Made by a program: the position numbers and the translations under genes | Notes under the pieces: model-generated | Told to the model about the DNA's origin: nothing | The model's database searches: none | The model's input: only the letters and a program-made list of their open reading frames with translations | Assembly: GCA_045806925.1 (NCBI GenBank) | Contig: JBJMII010000085.1 | Coordinates: 1 to 63,828 of the forward strand | Reading direction: 5' to 3' | Length of the DNA stretch: 63,828 nucleotides | Origin: Mycobacteriales bacterium | GTDB taxonomy: Bacteria; Actinomycetota; Actinomycetes; Mycobacteriales; CADCTP01 | Part shown: positions 37,523-47,010 of the stretch, piece after piece | How the letters are laid out: each line of letters begins with the position of its first letter | Numbering within the stretch: the first letter of the stretch is position 1

Positions 37523-38728
37523 CTACGCCACGGTGCCGGCCGGCGTCAGCCCGGTGGTGACGATCTGCCAGGCCCGGTCCAGTCCGGCCGCCAGGCAGCC
37601 GTCCACCACCGCGTTGGTCCCCAGCGCGCTGACCCGCAGCTCCGGCAGGATCGGGGCGCGCCGGCGGACCTCCCGGGCGACCGCGGCGAGGAACCCGTCC
37701 GCCTGCCCCACTCCGCCGCCGAGCACGATGAGCTCGGGGTCGGCGACCGCCACCACGGTGCAGACCGCCTTCGCCACCAGCAGCGCCTCGTCGGTGACCA
37801 CCGTGTGCGCGCGCGGGTCGCCATCGTCGGCGGCCGCGAAGACCGCCCGCGCCGTCACCGAGCCGCGCAGGCCGGCACGCCGGGCGGCCCGGACGATCCC
37901 GGCCGCCGACGCGGCGGCCTCGAGCGAGCCGCGGCGGCGCGCGTCCCGGACGTCGCCGGGATGGCCGCTGCTCAGCGGCAGGTAGCCGATCTCGCCGGCC
38001 GCGCCGTGCGCCCCGCGGTGCAGCCGGCCGCCCAGCACCAGCCCGAGCCCGATGCCGGTGCCGATCGAGACGAAGGCGAAGTCGGCGACGCCGCGGCCGT
38101 GCCCGTGCGCCTGCTCGGCGAGGGCGGCCGCGTTCACGTCGTTCTCCAGGCGCAGCGTCGGCCCGAACGCGGACCGCAGCTCGGCCAGGACCGACGGCTC
38201 GTCCCACCCGGGCAGTCCACCGGTCAGCTCCATCACGTCCCGCATCGGGTCGTAGACGCCCGGGCTGCCGAGCACGGTCTGGGTCACGTCCGCCAGCTCG
38301 ATGCCGGCGGTCGCGCAGAGGCTGTCCGCCAGCCGCCGCAGCTCGGCCACCCGCTCCTGCCCGGTGGCCGCTTCGGTCCGCACCGAGGACCGGGCCCGCG
38401 CGGCCCCGGACAGGTCGGCCACCGCGCCCCGCAGGAACTCGCTGCCGACGTCGAGGGCGAGCACGTAGCCCACCTCGGGCCGCACCTCGTAGAGGATCGC
38501 GGCCCGGCCCGGGGCACCCGTCCTGGTCCCGGACCGGCGGATCAGCCCGGCCCGCTCCAGGTTGGCCAGCGTCAGCGACACCGTCGGCTTCGACAGCCGG
38601 GACACCCGGGCCAGATCGGGCCGGGACACCTGGCCGTTGCCGCGGATGTAGTCGAGCAGCAGCTGCTCGTTGAGGGCACGGATCAGCTGCTGTCGCGCGG
38701 GCGAGCCACTCGCCACCCCTACCGACAC
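37523..38728 (-). CDS. ROK family transcriptional regulator (CsnR-like)
   Basis: N-terminal HTH (SRPDLARVSRLSKPTVS), ENDVN, GTGIG, GEIGY. Confidence 0.92.
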   Translation of the reverse strand: MSVGVASGSPARQQLIRALNEQLLLDYIRGNGQVSRPDLARVSRLSKPTVSLTLANLERAGLIRRSGTRTGAPGRAAILYEVRPEVGYVLALDVGSEFLRGAVADLSGAARARSSVRTEAATGQERVAELRRLADSLCATAGIELADVTQTVLGSPGVYDPMRDVMELTGGLPGWDEPSVLAELRSAFGPTLRLENDVNAAALAEQAHGHGRGVADFAFVSIGTGIGLGLVLGGRLHRGAHGAAGEIGYLPLSSGHPGDVRDARRRGSLEAAASAAGIVRAARRAGLRGSVTARAVFAAADDGDPRAHTVVTDEALLVAKAVCTVVAVADPELIVLGGGVGQADGFLAAVAREVRRRAPILPELRVSALGTNAVVDGCLAAGLDRAWQIVTTGLTPAGTVA

Positions 38729-38781
38729 GGGTGATCCTCCTCGGCGCGACGGGTGATCGACGACGGGCTCTTGCCGTCGGC

Positions 38782-38810
38782 TGATTGGAAGTCTAGTTTC
38801 CTAACTATCA
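38782..38810. promoter_or_regulatory. Putative ROK (CsnR-type) operator
   Basis: Imperfect palindrome TGATTGGAAGTCTA-G-TTTCCTAACTATCA in the divergent intergenic region; the right arm reads GTTAGGAAAC on the minus strand. Confidence 0.6.
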
Positions 38811-38954
38811 GCCGTCCACCAGCACCGAGGAGCTGCTGATGCACCCGCCGGTCGTGCCCGGGCCGGACTTCGGCGCCCCGGCACGCCGACGGCGTCCCCC
38901 TCACGAGCCGCTCGGCCGGCCCGGCACGACCCTGCTCAGGAAGGGACTGTCAGG

Positions 38955-40667
38955 ATGAGGCGCACCACGATCGCCGCCGCCGTCGCCATGTCGGTCAGCC
39001 TGCTGGCGGCCGCCTGCAGCGGGTCGACGACGGCCCAGTCCCCGAACAACGGCTCCGGCTCCGCCGGCAAGGAGGGGAGCAGCACCGACAAGGCCACGCA
39101 CAAGCAGGGCGGCTCGCTCACCATCGCCAACGTGCAGGGCCAGACCTGGACCTGCCAGTTCAACCCGTTCAACCCCGCGGTCAACACGGTGTCCCTGGGC
39201 TTCGTGTACGAGCCGCTGGTGTTCGTCAACCTGCTGCAGGACCAGAAGGAGACGCCGATGCTGGCGTCGTCCTACCAGTGGAGCGCGGACAAGAAGTCCA
39301 TCGTCTTCACGATCCGCGACGGGGTGAAGTGGAACGACGGCCAGCCGTTCACCGCGGAGGACGTCGCCTACACCTTCGACGTCATGAAGAAGGTGCCCGC
39401 GACCGACCTCTACGCGCTGTGGACCGGGGCGGGACTGAAGAGCGTCACCGCGGCCGGGAACAAGGTCACGATGACATTCGGCCAGGCCGCCGGGCCGTAC
39501 TTCTTCAACTTCGCCAACCAGGTCGGCATCGTGCCGAAGCACATCTTCTCCACCGGCGAGGCGGCCGCGCATCCGGACACGTGGGCGGACAAGAAGCCGG
39601 TCGGCACCGGTCCGTACACAGTGGACCCGTGTTCGGCGAACAACATCCAGTACGTCGCGAACCCCAGCTACTGGCAGCCGGGCAAGCCCTACGTCCAGAA
39701 GGTGCAGTACCCGGCGTACCTCGACAACGGGCCGGCCAACCTCGACCTGGCCAACGGCAAGGCGCAGTGGGGCAGCCAGTTCATCCCGAACATCAAGGCG
39801 CTCTACCTGAACAAGTCCAAGGACAACCACACCTGGTCGCCGCCGGTCACCAACGTGGAGATCGTCCCGAACCTCGACCCGTCGCACCCGGCAACCAGCA
39901 AGCTCCCGGTGCGGCAGGCGATCGCGCTCGCCATCGACCGGCAGAAGATCTCCCAGATCGGCGAGGGCGGCCAGCAGCCGCCGGCGAACCAGACCGGCAT
40001 CGTGGTGCCGACCTTCGAGAACTACTACGACCAGGCGGCGGTGGCCGCCGCGGGCTACGACAAGCCCGACCCGGACAAGGCCAAGACCCTGCTGGCCGGC
40101 CTCGGCTACACCGAGTCCAACCCGCTCAAGCTGACGATCATCACGATCACCGGCTACACCGACTGGGACGCCTCGCTCGCCGTGGTCAAGCACCAGCTGA
40201 AGCCCGTCGGCATCGAGCTCACGGTGGCCGACCTGGCGCAGCAGACCTTCGACGACCGGCTCTACAAGGGCGACTTCGACCTGGCCTACTACGGCCAGCC
40301 CGGCGGCCCGACGCCGTACTACGAGCTGCGCCAGATGCTCTACTCGAAGAACTCCGCGCCGATCGGCAAGCCGGCGAGCTTCAACTACGAGCGCTACCTC
40401 AACAAGGAGGTGGACGCGCTGTTCGACCAGTACCCGACGGCCGACGCGGCGGGGCAGGTCGAGATCATCAAGAAGGTCGGGGCCGCGATGCTGCGGGACA
40501 TCCCGATCATCCCCACCACCGAGTCGGTCAACTGGTTCCAGTACAACACCGCTGACATCGCCGGCTGGCCGACCGAGAACGACCCGTACGCCCAGCCGGC
40601 GGCGTTCAACGTCCCCGACGTCGAGCAGGTCCTGCTGCACGTCTACTCGAAGTCGGCGCAGAAGTAG
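38955..40667 (+). CDS. ABC substrate-binding lipoprotein, peptide/oligosaccharide family 5
   Basis: Lipobox LAAAC; FNPF, KWNDG.PFTAEDV, PVGTGPY. Confidence 0.93.
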   Translation: MRRTTIAAAVAMSVSLLAAACSGSTTAQSPNNGSGSAGKEGSSTDKATHKQGGSLTIANVQGQTWTCQFNPFNPAVNTVSLGFVYEPLVFVNLLQDQKETPMLASSYQWSADKKSIVFTIRDGVKWNDGQPFTAEDVAYTFDVMKKVPATDLYALWTGAGLKSVTAAGNKVTMTFGQAAGPYFFNFANQVGIVPKHIFSTGEAAAHPDTWADKKPVGTGPYTVDPCSANNIQYVANPSYWQPGKPYVQKVQYPAYLDNGPANLDLANGKAQWGSQFIPNIKALYLNKSKDNHTWSPPVTNVEIVPNLDPSHPATSKLPVRQAIALAIDRQKISQIGEGGQQPPANQTGIVVPTFENYYDQAAVAAAGYDKPDPDKAKTLLAGLGYTESNPLKLTIITITGYTDWDASLAVVKHQLKPVGIELTVADLAQQTFDDRLYKGDFDLAYYGQPGGPTPYYELRQMLYSKNSAPIGKPASFNYERYLNKEVDALFDQYPTADAAGQVEIIKKVGAAMLRDIPIIPTTESVNWFQYNTADIAGWPTENDPYAQPAAFNVPDVEQVLLHVYSKSAQK

Positions 40668-40739
40668 AGCCACCGCGGCGGTCGCGCCGATGATGGCGGC
40701 ACGGACGGCGGCACCGCCCGGCAGGGTGGGCAGGAGGAG

Positions 40740-41738
40740 GTGGGCGCTGTGCGGTATGTGCTCCGGCGGCTCGGATTCTTCCTGCTCACCCTGTGGGTGG
40801 CGCTCACGCTGAACTTCTTCATCCCCCGACTCATGCCGGGCAGCCCGCTGCAGGCGCTGCGGGACCGCACCCACAACAGGCTCTCGCCGGCCGCGCTGGA
40901 GCAGATGCTCACCTCGTACGGCTTCAAGCCGGACGAGAACCTCCTGGTCCAGTACCTGGACTACCTGAAGAACATGGTGACCGGGCAGTGGGGCGTCTCC
41001 ATCGGGGCCACCCTGGGTGAGCCGGTGACCCGGGTCGTCGGGCAGGCACTGCCGTGGACGCTCGGCCTGGTCGGCATCACCACGGTGCTCGCCTTCCTGC
41101 TCGGCTCGCTGATCGGCGTCCTCGCCGGCTGGCGTCGCGGTGGCCGGCTGGACTCGGTGCTGCCACCGGTCTTCGTGGTCACCTCGGCGCTGCCGTACTT
41201 CTGGGTGGGGCTGCTGCTGATCCTGATCTTCTCGGTGTGGACCGGGGGGCTGCTGCCGAGCGACTTCAACTACGACACCGGCCTGCAGCCGTCGCTCACG
41301 CCGGCCTTCGCCGGCAACGTGCTGCGGCACGCCGTGCTGCCGGCCGCCACGATCCTGATCGCCTCGATCGGCGGCTGGATCCTGACGATGCGCAACAACA
41401 TGATCACCACGCTGGCCGAGGACTACGTCCGGATGGGCCGGGCCAAGGGCCTGTCCGACCGCCGGATCATGACCGCGTACGCCGCCCGCAACGCGATCCT
41501 GCCCAACCTGTCCGGGTTCGCGATGTCGCTGGGCTTCGTGATCTCCGGCGCGATCCTGGTCGAGTACGTGTTCAACTACCCGGGCCTCGGCTACCTGCTC
41601 TACAACGCGGTGCAGAACACCGACTACCCGCTCATGCAGGCGCTGTTCATGCTGTTCACCGTCGCCGTCCTGGTCGCCGTGCTGCTCTGCGACGTCGCGA
41701 CGGCCTGGCTGGACCCGCGGGCGCGGGAGAAGGGATAG
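40740..41738 (+). CDS. ABC permease (DppB/OppB-like)
   Basis: PRLMPG, EDYVRMGRAKGL, FNYPGLG, LDPR. Confidence 0.93.
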   Translation: MGAVRYVLRRLGFFLLTLWVALTLNFFIPRLMPGSPLQALRDRTHNRLSPAALEQMLTSYGFKPDENLLVQYLDYLKNMVTGQWGVSIGATLGEPVTRVVGQALPWTLGLVGITTVLAFLLGSLIGVLAGWRRGGRLDSVLPPVFVVTSALPYFWVGLLLILIFSVWTGGLLPSDFNYDTGLQPSLTPAFAGNVLRHAVLPAATILIASIGGWILTMRNNMITTLAEDYVRMGRAKGLSDRRIMTAYAARNAILPNLSGFAMSLGFVISGAILVEYVFNYPGLGYLLYNAVQNTDYPLMQALFMLFTVAVLVAVLLCDVATAWLDPRAREKG

Positions 41739-41741
41739 CCG

Positions 41742-42689
41742 ATGACCGCGCTGCTGGTCGACGCCGGCACGCCGGCCCCGGTGCCCGGGCCGGTCCGGCG
41801 CCGGGCCGGCGGCGGCCTGTGGGCCGCGGTGCGGGGCAGCCGCAAGGCGCTGGTCGGCCTGGCGATCTTCGCGGTCTTCTCCGTCCTGGCCGCCGTGCCG
41901 CAGCTGTTCACGCCGGTACGCGACCCGAACGCGCTGGAGTTCCCGCCCGGCCTCGGCCCGTCCCGGGAGCACCTGCTCGGCACGACGGCGCTGGGACAGG
42001 ACATCTGGGCGCAGCTGGTCTACGGCACCCGGCAGTCGCTGGTGATCGCGCTGGTGGCCGGCTTCTTCGCCACCGTGCTGTCGGTGCTGGTCGGCGTCTC
42101 GGCCGCCTACCTCGCCGGGGTCCCGGGCGAGGTGCTGTCCATGCTGACCAACGTCTTCCTGGTGATCCCGACCTTCCCGCTGATCATCATCCTGGCCACG
42201 TACGCCGGGAAGGGAACCCTGCTGGTCATCCTGATCGTGCTCGTGCTCACCGGCTGGTCGTACGGGGCGAACCAGCTCCGGGCGCAGGCGCTGTCCCTGC
42301 GCAACCGGGACTTCCTCGAGTCCGCCCGGGTCAGGGGCGAGCGCCGGTCGTACGTCATCGTGTTCGAGATGCTGCCGACGATGACCTCCCTCATCGTCGC
42401 GAACTTCCTCGGGGCCGCGCTCTACTCGGTGCTGACCGCCGCCGGCCTGCAGTTCCTCGGCCTCGGCGACCCCAACTCGATCAGCTGGGGCACCATGCTC
42501 TACTGGGCGCAGAGCCAGCAGGCGCTGCAGAGCGGCATCCCGCAGTGGTCGATCGCGCCGGGCCTGTGCGTGGCCCTGCTCGGGGTGTCCTTCGCCCTGC
42601 TCAACTACGCGTTCGACGAGATCGGCAACCCGGCCCTGCGTCCGGTGAGGAGGAAGCGTGCCCGCCGCACCCGTGCTGGAGGTTCGTGA
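41742..42689 (+). CDS. ABC permease (DppC/OppC-like)
   Basis: HLLGT..GQD, FLESAR..G, FLGLG, SWG. Confidence 0.93.
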   Translation: MTALLVDAGTPAPVPGPVRRRAGGGLWAAVRGSRKALVGLAIFAVFSVLAAVPQLFTPVRDPNALEFPPGLGPSREHLLGTTALGQDIWAQLVYGTRQSLVIALVAGFFATVLSVLVGVSAAYLAGVPGEVLSMLTNVFLVIPTFPLIIILATYAGKGTLLVILIVLVLTGWSYGANQLRAQALSLRNRDFLESARVRGERRSYVIVFEMLPTMTSLIVANFLGAALYSVLTAAGLQFLGLGDPNSISWGTMLYWAQSQQALQSGIPQWSIAPGLCVALLGVSFALLNYAFDEIGNPALRPVRRKRARRTRAGGS

Positions 42690-43671
42690 CCTCCGGGTCG
42701 AGTACGCCACGTCGCGCGGCGCCGTCGCCGCCGTCGACGGCGTGGACCTCGACGTCCGGGAAGGCGAGTTCGTCGGCATCGTCGGCGAGTCCGCCTGCGG
42801 CAAGTCGACCCTGCTGTTCGCGATCGCCCGACTGCTCAGCCCGCCGGCGGCGGTCCGCGCCGGCAGCGTCGTCTTCCACGGCCACGACCTGGTCACCATG
42901 ACCGACCGGCAGCTGCGGGCGCTGCGCTGGCGGGACTACTCGGTCGTCATGCAGAGCGCGATGAACGCGCTGAACCCGGTGGCGTCGATCGGCGCGCAGC
43001 TCGAGGACGTGCTCGCCGCGCACACCGACATGTCCGACCGCGCCATCACCGAGCGCTCGGTCGAGGTGCTGCGGCTGGTCGGCATCGACCCGATCCACCT
43101 GCGCAGCTACCCGCACCAGCTCTCCGGCGGGATGCGGCAGCGGGCGATGATCGCGATGGCGCTGCTGTTCACCCCCGACCTGGTGATCATGGACGAGCCG
43201 ACGTCGGCCCTCGACGTGGTCGCGCAGCGATCGCTGATGGTGCAGATCAAGGACCTGCAGCGGCGGCTGGGCTTCGCGGTCGTGTTCGTCACCCACGACA
43301 TGTCGCTGGTCAGCCACTTCTCCGACCGGCTGCTGGTGATGTACGCGGGCCAGGTGGTGGAGGCGGGTCCCACCCGGACGGTCTTCGACACCCCGGCACA
43401 CCCGTACAGCCGGGGTCTGCTGGACGCGTTCCCGTCGATCCGGGGCCTGCGGGTGCCGCTGACCGGGATTCCCGGCAGCCCGCCCGACCTCGCCCAGCCG
43501 CCGGCCGGCTGCCGCTTCCACCCGCGCTGCCCGGTCGCGTCCGACGACTGCACCCTGGTCGCCCCGGAGCTCTATCCGGTGCGGGACGTGCGGGCACGGT
43601 GCCTGCTGCACGCTCCCCACCACCCGCCGGCGCCCGAGGCGGCGACCCGGGCCGAGGAGGTGCGTCGGTGA
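42658..43671 (+). CDS. ABC ATPase (DppD/OppD-like)
   Basis: [24 protein letters not shown]-terminal Cys motif. Confidence 0.94.
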   Translation: MPAAPVLEVRDLRVEYATSRGAVAAVDGVDLDVREGEFVGIVGESACGKSTLLFAIARLLSPPAAVRAGSVVFHGHDLVTMTDRQLRALRWRDYSVVMQSAMNALNPVASIGAQLEDVLAAHTDMSDRAITERSVEVLRLVGIDPIHLRSYPHQLSGGMRQRAMIAMALLFTPDLVIMDEPTSALDVVAQRSLMVQIKDLQRRLGFAVVFVTHDMSLVSHFSDRLLVMYAGQVVEAGPTRTVFDTPAHPYSRGLLDAFPSIRGLRVPLTGIPGSPPDLAQPPAGCRFHPRCPVASDDCTLVAPELYPVRDVRARCLLHAPHHPPAPEAATRAEEVRR

Positions 43672-44672
43672 CCGCCCCGCTGATCGAGGCGCGCGACCTG
43701 ACCAAGCACTTCAAGGTCGGTGGTGCCCTGTCCCGCACCGTCCTGCATGCGGTGGACGGCGCGAGCTTCGTCCTGCACCCGCGGGAGATCGTGGCGCTGG
43801 TCGGGGAGAGCGGCAGCGGCAAGAGCACGATCGCCCGGCTGCTGGCGCGGGTGCACAAGCCCACCGGCGGCGAGATCCTCTACCAGGGCCGCTCGCTGGC
43901 CTCGATGCGGACCCGCCGACAGGCGCTGGCCTACCGCAGCGACGTGCCGATGGTCTTCCAGGACCCGTTCAGCTCGCTCAACCCGGCCTACCGGGTCTCG
44001 CACGGGATCCTGCGCGGCCTCAAGCTGCACCGGCCCGAGCTCGGCCGCGCCGCGCGGTCGGCCGAGGCCGAGCGGGTGGTCGAGGCCGTCGGGCTCACCC
44101 CGGCGTGGGAGGTTCTCGACCGCTACCCGTACGAGCTGTCCGGCGGCCAGCGGCAGCGGATCGGCTTCGCGCAGGCACTGGCGTACCGGCCGAAGCTGAT
44201 CCTCGCCGACGAGCCGGTGTCCATGCTGGACGTGTCCATCCGGATCGGACTGCTGAACGTGATGGCCGCGCTGCGCGAGCGGGAGGGCGTGTCGTTCCTC
44301 TACATCACCCACGACATCGCCAGCGCCCGCTACGTCTCCGACCGGCTGCTGGTCATGTACGCCGGGCACATCGTCGAGTCCGGACCGACGGAGGACGTGC
44401 TCGCCGATCCGAGGCACCCGTACACGCAGCTGCTGCTGTCCGCGGTGCCCGACCCGCGGGCGCCGCTCGCGGTGGACGCCGGCGACGTCAGCGAGCCGCC
44501 ACGGGTCGTCGACCCGGGAGAGGGATGTCGCTTCCGCGGGCGATGCCCGCTGGCGATCGACGAGTGCGCCCGGATCACGCCGGTGCCGCGCGAGCTGGCA
44601 CCGGCCCACAGCGCGGCCTGCCACGTCGCGGGCACCGACAGGCCCGGCCCGGTGGGGGTGCTGCAGCGATGA
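43668..44672 (+). CDS. ABC ATPase (DppF/OppF-like)
   Basis: GESGSGKS, LSGGQRQR, DEP; GTGA overlap. Confidence 0.94.
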   Translation: MTAPLIEARDLTKHFKVGGALSRTVLHAVDGASFVLHPREIVALVGESGSGKSTIARLLARVHKPTGGEILYQGRSLASMRTRRQALAYRSDVPMVFQDPFSSLNPAYRVSHGILRGLKLHRPELGRAARSAEAERVVEAVGLTPAWEVLDRYPYELSGGQRQRIGFAQALAYRPKLILADEPVSMLDVSIRIGLLNVMAALREREGVSFLYITHDIASARYVSDRLLVMYAGHIVESGPTEDVLADPRHPYTQLLLSAVPDPRAPLAVDAGDVSEPPRVVDPGEGCRFRGRCPLAIDECARITPVPRELAPAHSAACHVAGTDRPGPVGVLQR

Positions 44673-45958
44673 AGATCGCAGTCGTCGGCGGCGGGAGCAC
44701 GTACACGCCCGAGCTGATCGAGGGATTCGCCCGTCGCTCCGGCGTGCTGGCGGTGGACGAGCTGGTGCTGCACGACATCGCCGCGGAACGGCTGGAGGTG
44801 GTCGGCGGGCTGGCCCGGCGGATCCTGGCCAAGCAGGAGTTCCCCGGCCGGCTGGTCACCACCGGCTCGCTGGAGTCCGCAGTGGACGGTGCGACCGCCG
44901 TGCTCGTCCAGCTGCGCGTCGGCGGGCAGCAGGCACGGCTGGTCGACGAGACGCTGCCGGGCCGCTTCGGGCTGCTCGGCCAGGAGACCACCGGTCCCGG
45001 CGGCTTCACCAAGGCGTTGCGGACCGTGCCGGTCGTGCTCGGGATCGCCGAGACCGTCGCGAAGCTTGCCGAGCCGGACGCGTGGATCGTCGACTTCACC
45101 AACCCGGTCGGCATCGTCACCCGGGCGCTGCTGGACTCCGGGCACCGTGCGGTCGGGCTGTGCAACTCCGCGATCGGGTTCCAGCGCCGGCTGGCCCGCA
45201 CCTTCGGCGTCGCGCCGGAGCGGGTGCGCCTCGACCACGCCGGACTCAACCACCTGACCTGGATCCGCCAGGTGTTCGTCGACGGGGTGGACCGGCTGCC
45301 GGAGCTGCTCGGCTCGGCGGCGGCGGACGAGCTCGCCGCGGACAACGGCCTGCCGGCCGACCTGCTCCGGACGCTGAGCGCGATCCCGTCGTACTACCTG
45401 CACTACTTCTACTGCACCGACGAGGCGGTCCGGGCCCAGGCGACCGGCCGGCAGCGGGCCGAGGAGGTGCTGGAGATCGAACGGACGCTGCTGGCCATGT
45501 ACGCCGACCCCGCCCTGGACCGCAAGCCCGAGCTGCTGGAGAAGCGTGGCGGCGCGTACTACAGCGAGGCCGCCGCGGCGCTGGTCACCTCGCTGCTGAC
45601 CGGGGACGGGGCGCACCACTACGTGGACGTCCGCAACGACGGCAGCATCGCCGGCCTGCCGGACGAGGCGGTGGTCGAGGTACCCGCGCTCGTCGACACC
45701 GACGGCCCGCACCCGGTGCCGGTGCTGCCGCTCGCCCCGGAGATGCTCGGACTCGTCCAGGCCGTGACCGCGTACGAGGTGCTCACGATCGAGGCCGCCC
45801 GGACCGGGGACCGCGGCACGGCACTGCGGGCCCTGGTAGCCCACCCCCTCGTCCGGCAGTGGGACGTCGTGGTGCCGCTTCTCGATGCGCTGCTGGAGGC
45901 CAACCGGCGGTACCTGCCGCGGTTCTCCGACGGGCGCCCGCCAGCGGCCGATGGCTGA
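44669..45958 (+). CDS. Glycoside hydrolase family 4 (6-phospho-beta-glucosidase/CsnH-like)
   Basis: GGGSTYTP, GQETTG, FTNP, GLCN, GLNH, RGGAYY. Confidence 0.94.
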   Translation: MKIAVVGGGSTYTPELIEGFARRSGVLAVDELVLHDIAAERLEVVGGLARRILAKQEFPGRLVTTGSLESAVDGATAVLVQLRVGGQQARLVDETLPGRFGLLGQETTGPGGFTKALRTVPVVLGIAETVAKLAEPDAWIVDFTNPVGIVTRALLDSGHRAVGLCNSAIGFQRRLARTFGVAPERVRLDHAGLNHLTWIRQVFVDGVDRLPELLGSAAADELAADNGLPADLLRTLSAIPSYYLHYFYCTDEAVRAQATGRQRAEEVLEIERTLLAMYADPALDRKPELLEKRGGAYYSEAAAALVTSLLTGDGAHHYVDVRNDGSIAGLPDEAVVEVPALVDTDGPHPVPVLPLAPEMLGLVQAVTAYEVLTIEAARTGDRGTALRALVAHPLVRQWDVVVPLLDALLEANRRYLPRFSDGRPPAADG

Positions 45959-46928
45959 GCACGTCGTCGGGGTCGACGGGGGCAACTCGAAGACCGAGGT
46001 GCTGGTCGCCTCGACCTCGGGCCGGGTGTTGGCCCGCCGCCGCGGGCCCGGCGTGGTGTCGCCGCTGGCGGACCCGCCCGGCTGGCGCGACCGGCTCAGC
46101 ACGCTGGTGGAACAGACCCGGCGCGACGCCGGGATCCGGCCCGGCCGGCCGGCGGCCTGCGCCGTCTACTTCCTCGCCAACGTCGACCTCGCCGCCGAGC
46201 GCCGCATCGCCCAGCGGGCGCTGGAGAGCACCGGCCAGGCCGAGGTCACGGTCGTCCGGAACGACACGCTGGCGGTCCTGCGGGCCGGCGCCGGTCGCGG
46301 CTGGGGGGTCGCGGTCGTCTCCGGCGCCGGCATCAACGCGGTCGGCCTGCACCCGTCCGGGCGCTCGGCGGGCTTCCTCGCGCTCGGTGACTACACCGGC
46401 GACTCCGGTGGCGGTCTCGATCTCGGCATCGCCGGGCTGGGCGCGGCGGTCCGGGCCCGGGACGGCCGGGGCCCGGCGACCCTGCTCACCGCGTCCGTGC
46501 CGGCGCACTTCGGGCTGCGCCGGCCCGAGGACGTCGCCGTGGCCGTCCACCTGGGATCGATCCGGTACGACGGGCTGCACGTGCTCGCGCCGGTGGTCTT
46601 CGCCGCCGCGGCGGCCGGGGACGAGGTCGCGGTGCACCTCGTCGACGCCTTCGCCGACGAGGTCGCCGTGATGGCCACGGCGCTGATCCGGCGGTTGCGG
46701 CTGGTCCGGACCGACGTCGAGGTGGTGCTCGGCGGTGGCACGCTGCAGACCGGCGACGCCGTGCTGCACGACCGGGTGACGGCGGGCATCACGGCGGTGG
46801 CTCCCCGGGCCCGGGTCGGCGTGCTGGACGTGCCGCCCGTCTTCGGCGCCGTGGCGGAGGCGTGGGCCGCGGTCGGCGCCGCCGACCCGGCGCTGCGCCG
46901 GATCCGGCGTGCCCTCGCCGCCGGCTAG
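45951..46928 (+). CDS. BadF/BadG-type sugar kinase (CsnK/GlcNAc kinase-like)
   Basis: GVDGGNSKT, ND, GAGIN, VVLGGG. Confidence 0.88.
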   Translation: MAEHVVGVDGGNSKTEVLVASTSGRVLARRRGPGVVSPLADPPGWRDRLSTLVEQTRRDAGIRPGRPAACAVYFLANVDLAAERRIAQRALESTGQAEVTVVRNDTLAVLRAGAGRGWGVAVVSGAGINAVGLHPSGRSAGFLALGDYTGDSGGGLDLGIAGLGAAVRARDGRGPATLLTASVPAHFGLRRPEDVAVAVHLGSIRYDGLHVLAPVVFAAAAAGDEVAVHLVDAFADEVAVMATALIRRLRLVRTDVEVVLGGGTLQTGDAVLHDRVTAGITAVAPRARVGVLDVPPVFGAVAEAWAAVGAADPALRRIRRALAAG

Positions 46929-46965
46929 GCCGGCGGCGACTGCCGCTGCCGCCTGGCGACAAGGC

Positions 46966-46993
46966 GGGAGGCCCGCGCGGTGGCGGGCCTCCC
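46966..46993. terminator. Intrinsic hairpin between convergent genes
   Basis: GGGAGGCCCGC-gcggtg-GCGGGCCTCCC, a perfect 11-bp stem. Confidence 0.8.
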
Positions 46994-47010
46994 TGCTGGT
47001 CGGGTGGTGG

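Noticed and set aside
38901..42899. 1332-aa minus-strand ORF
   Set aside because: Antisense shadow of the ABC operon; stop codons are rare at this GC content and there are no motifs.
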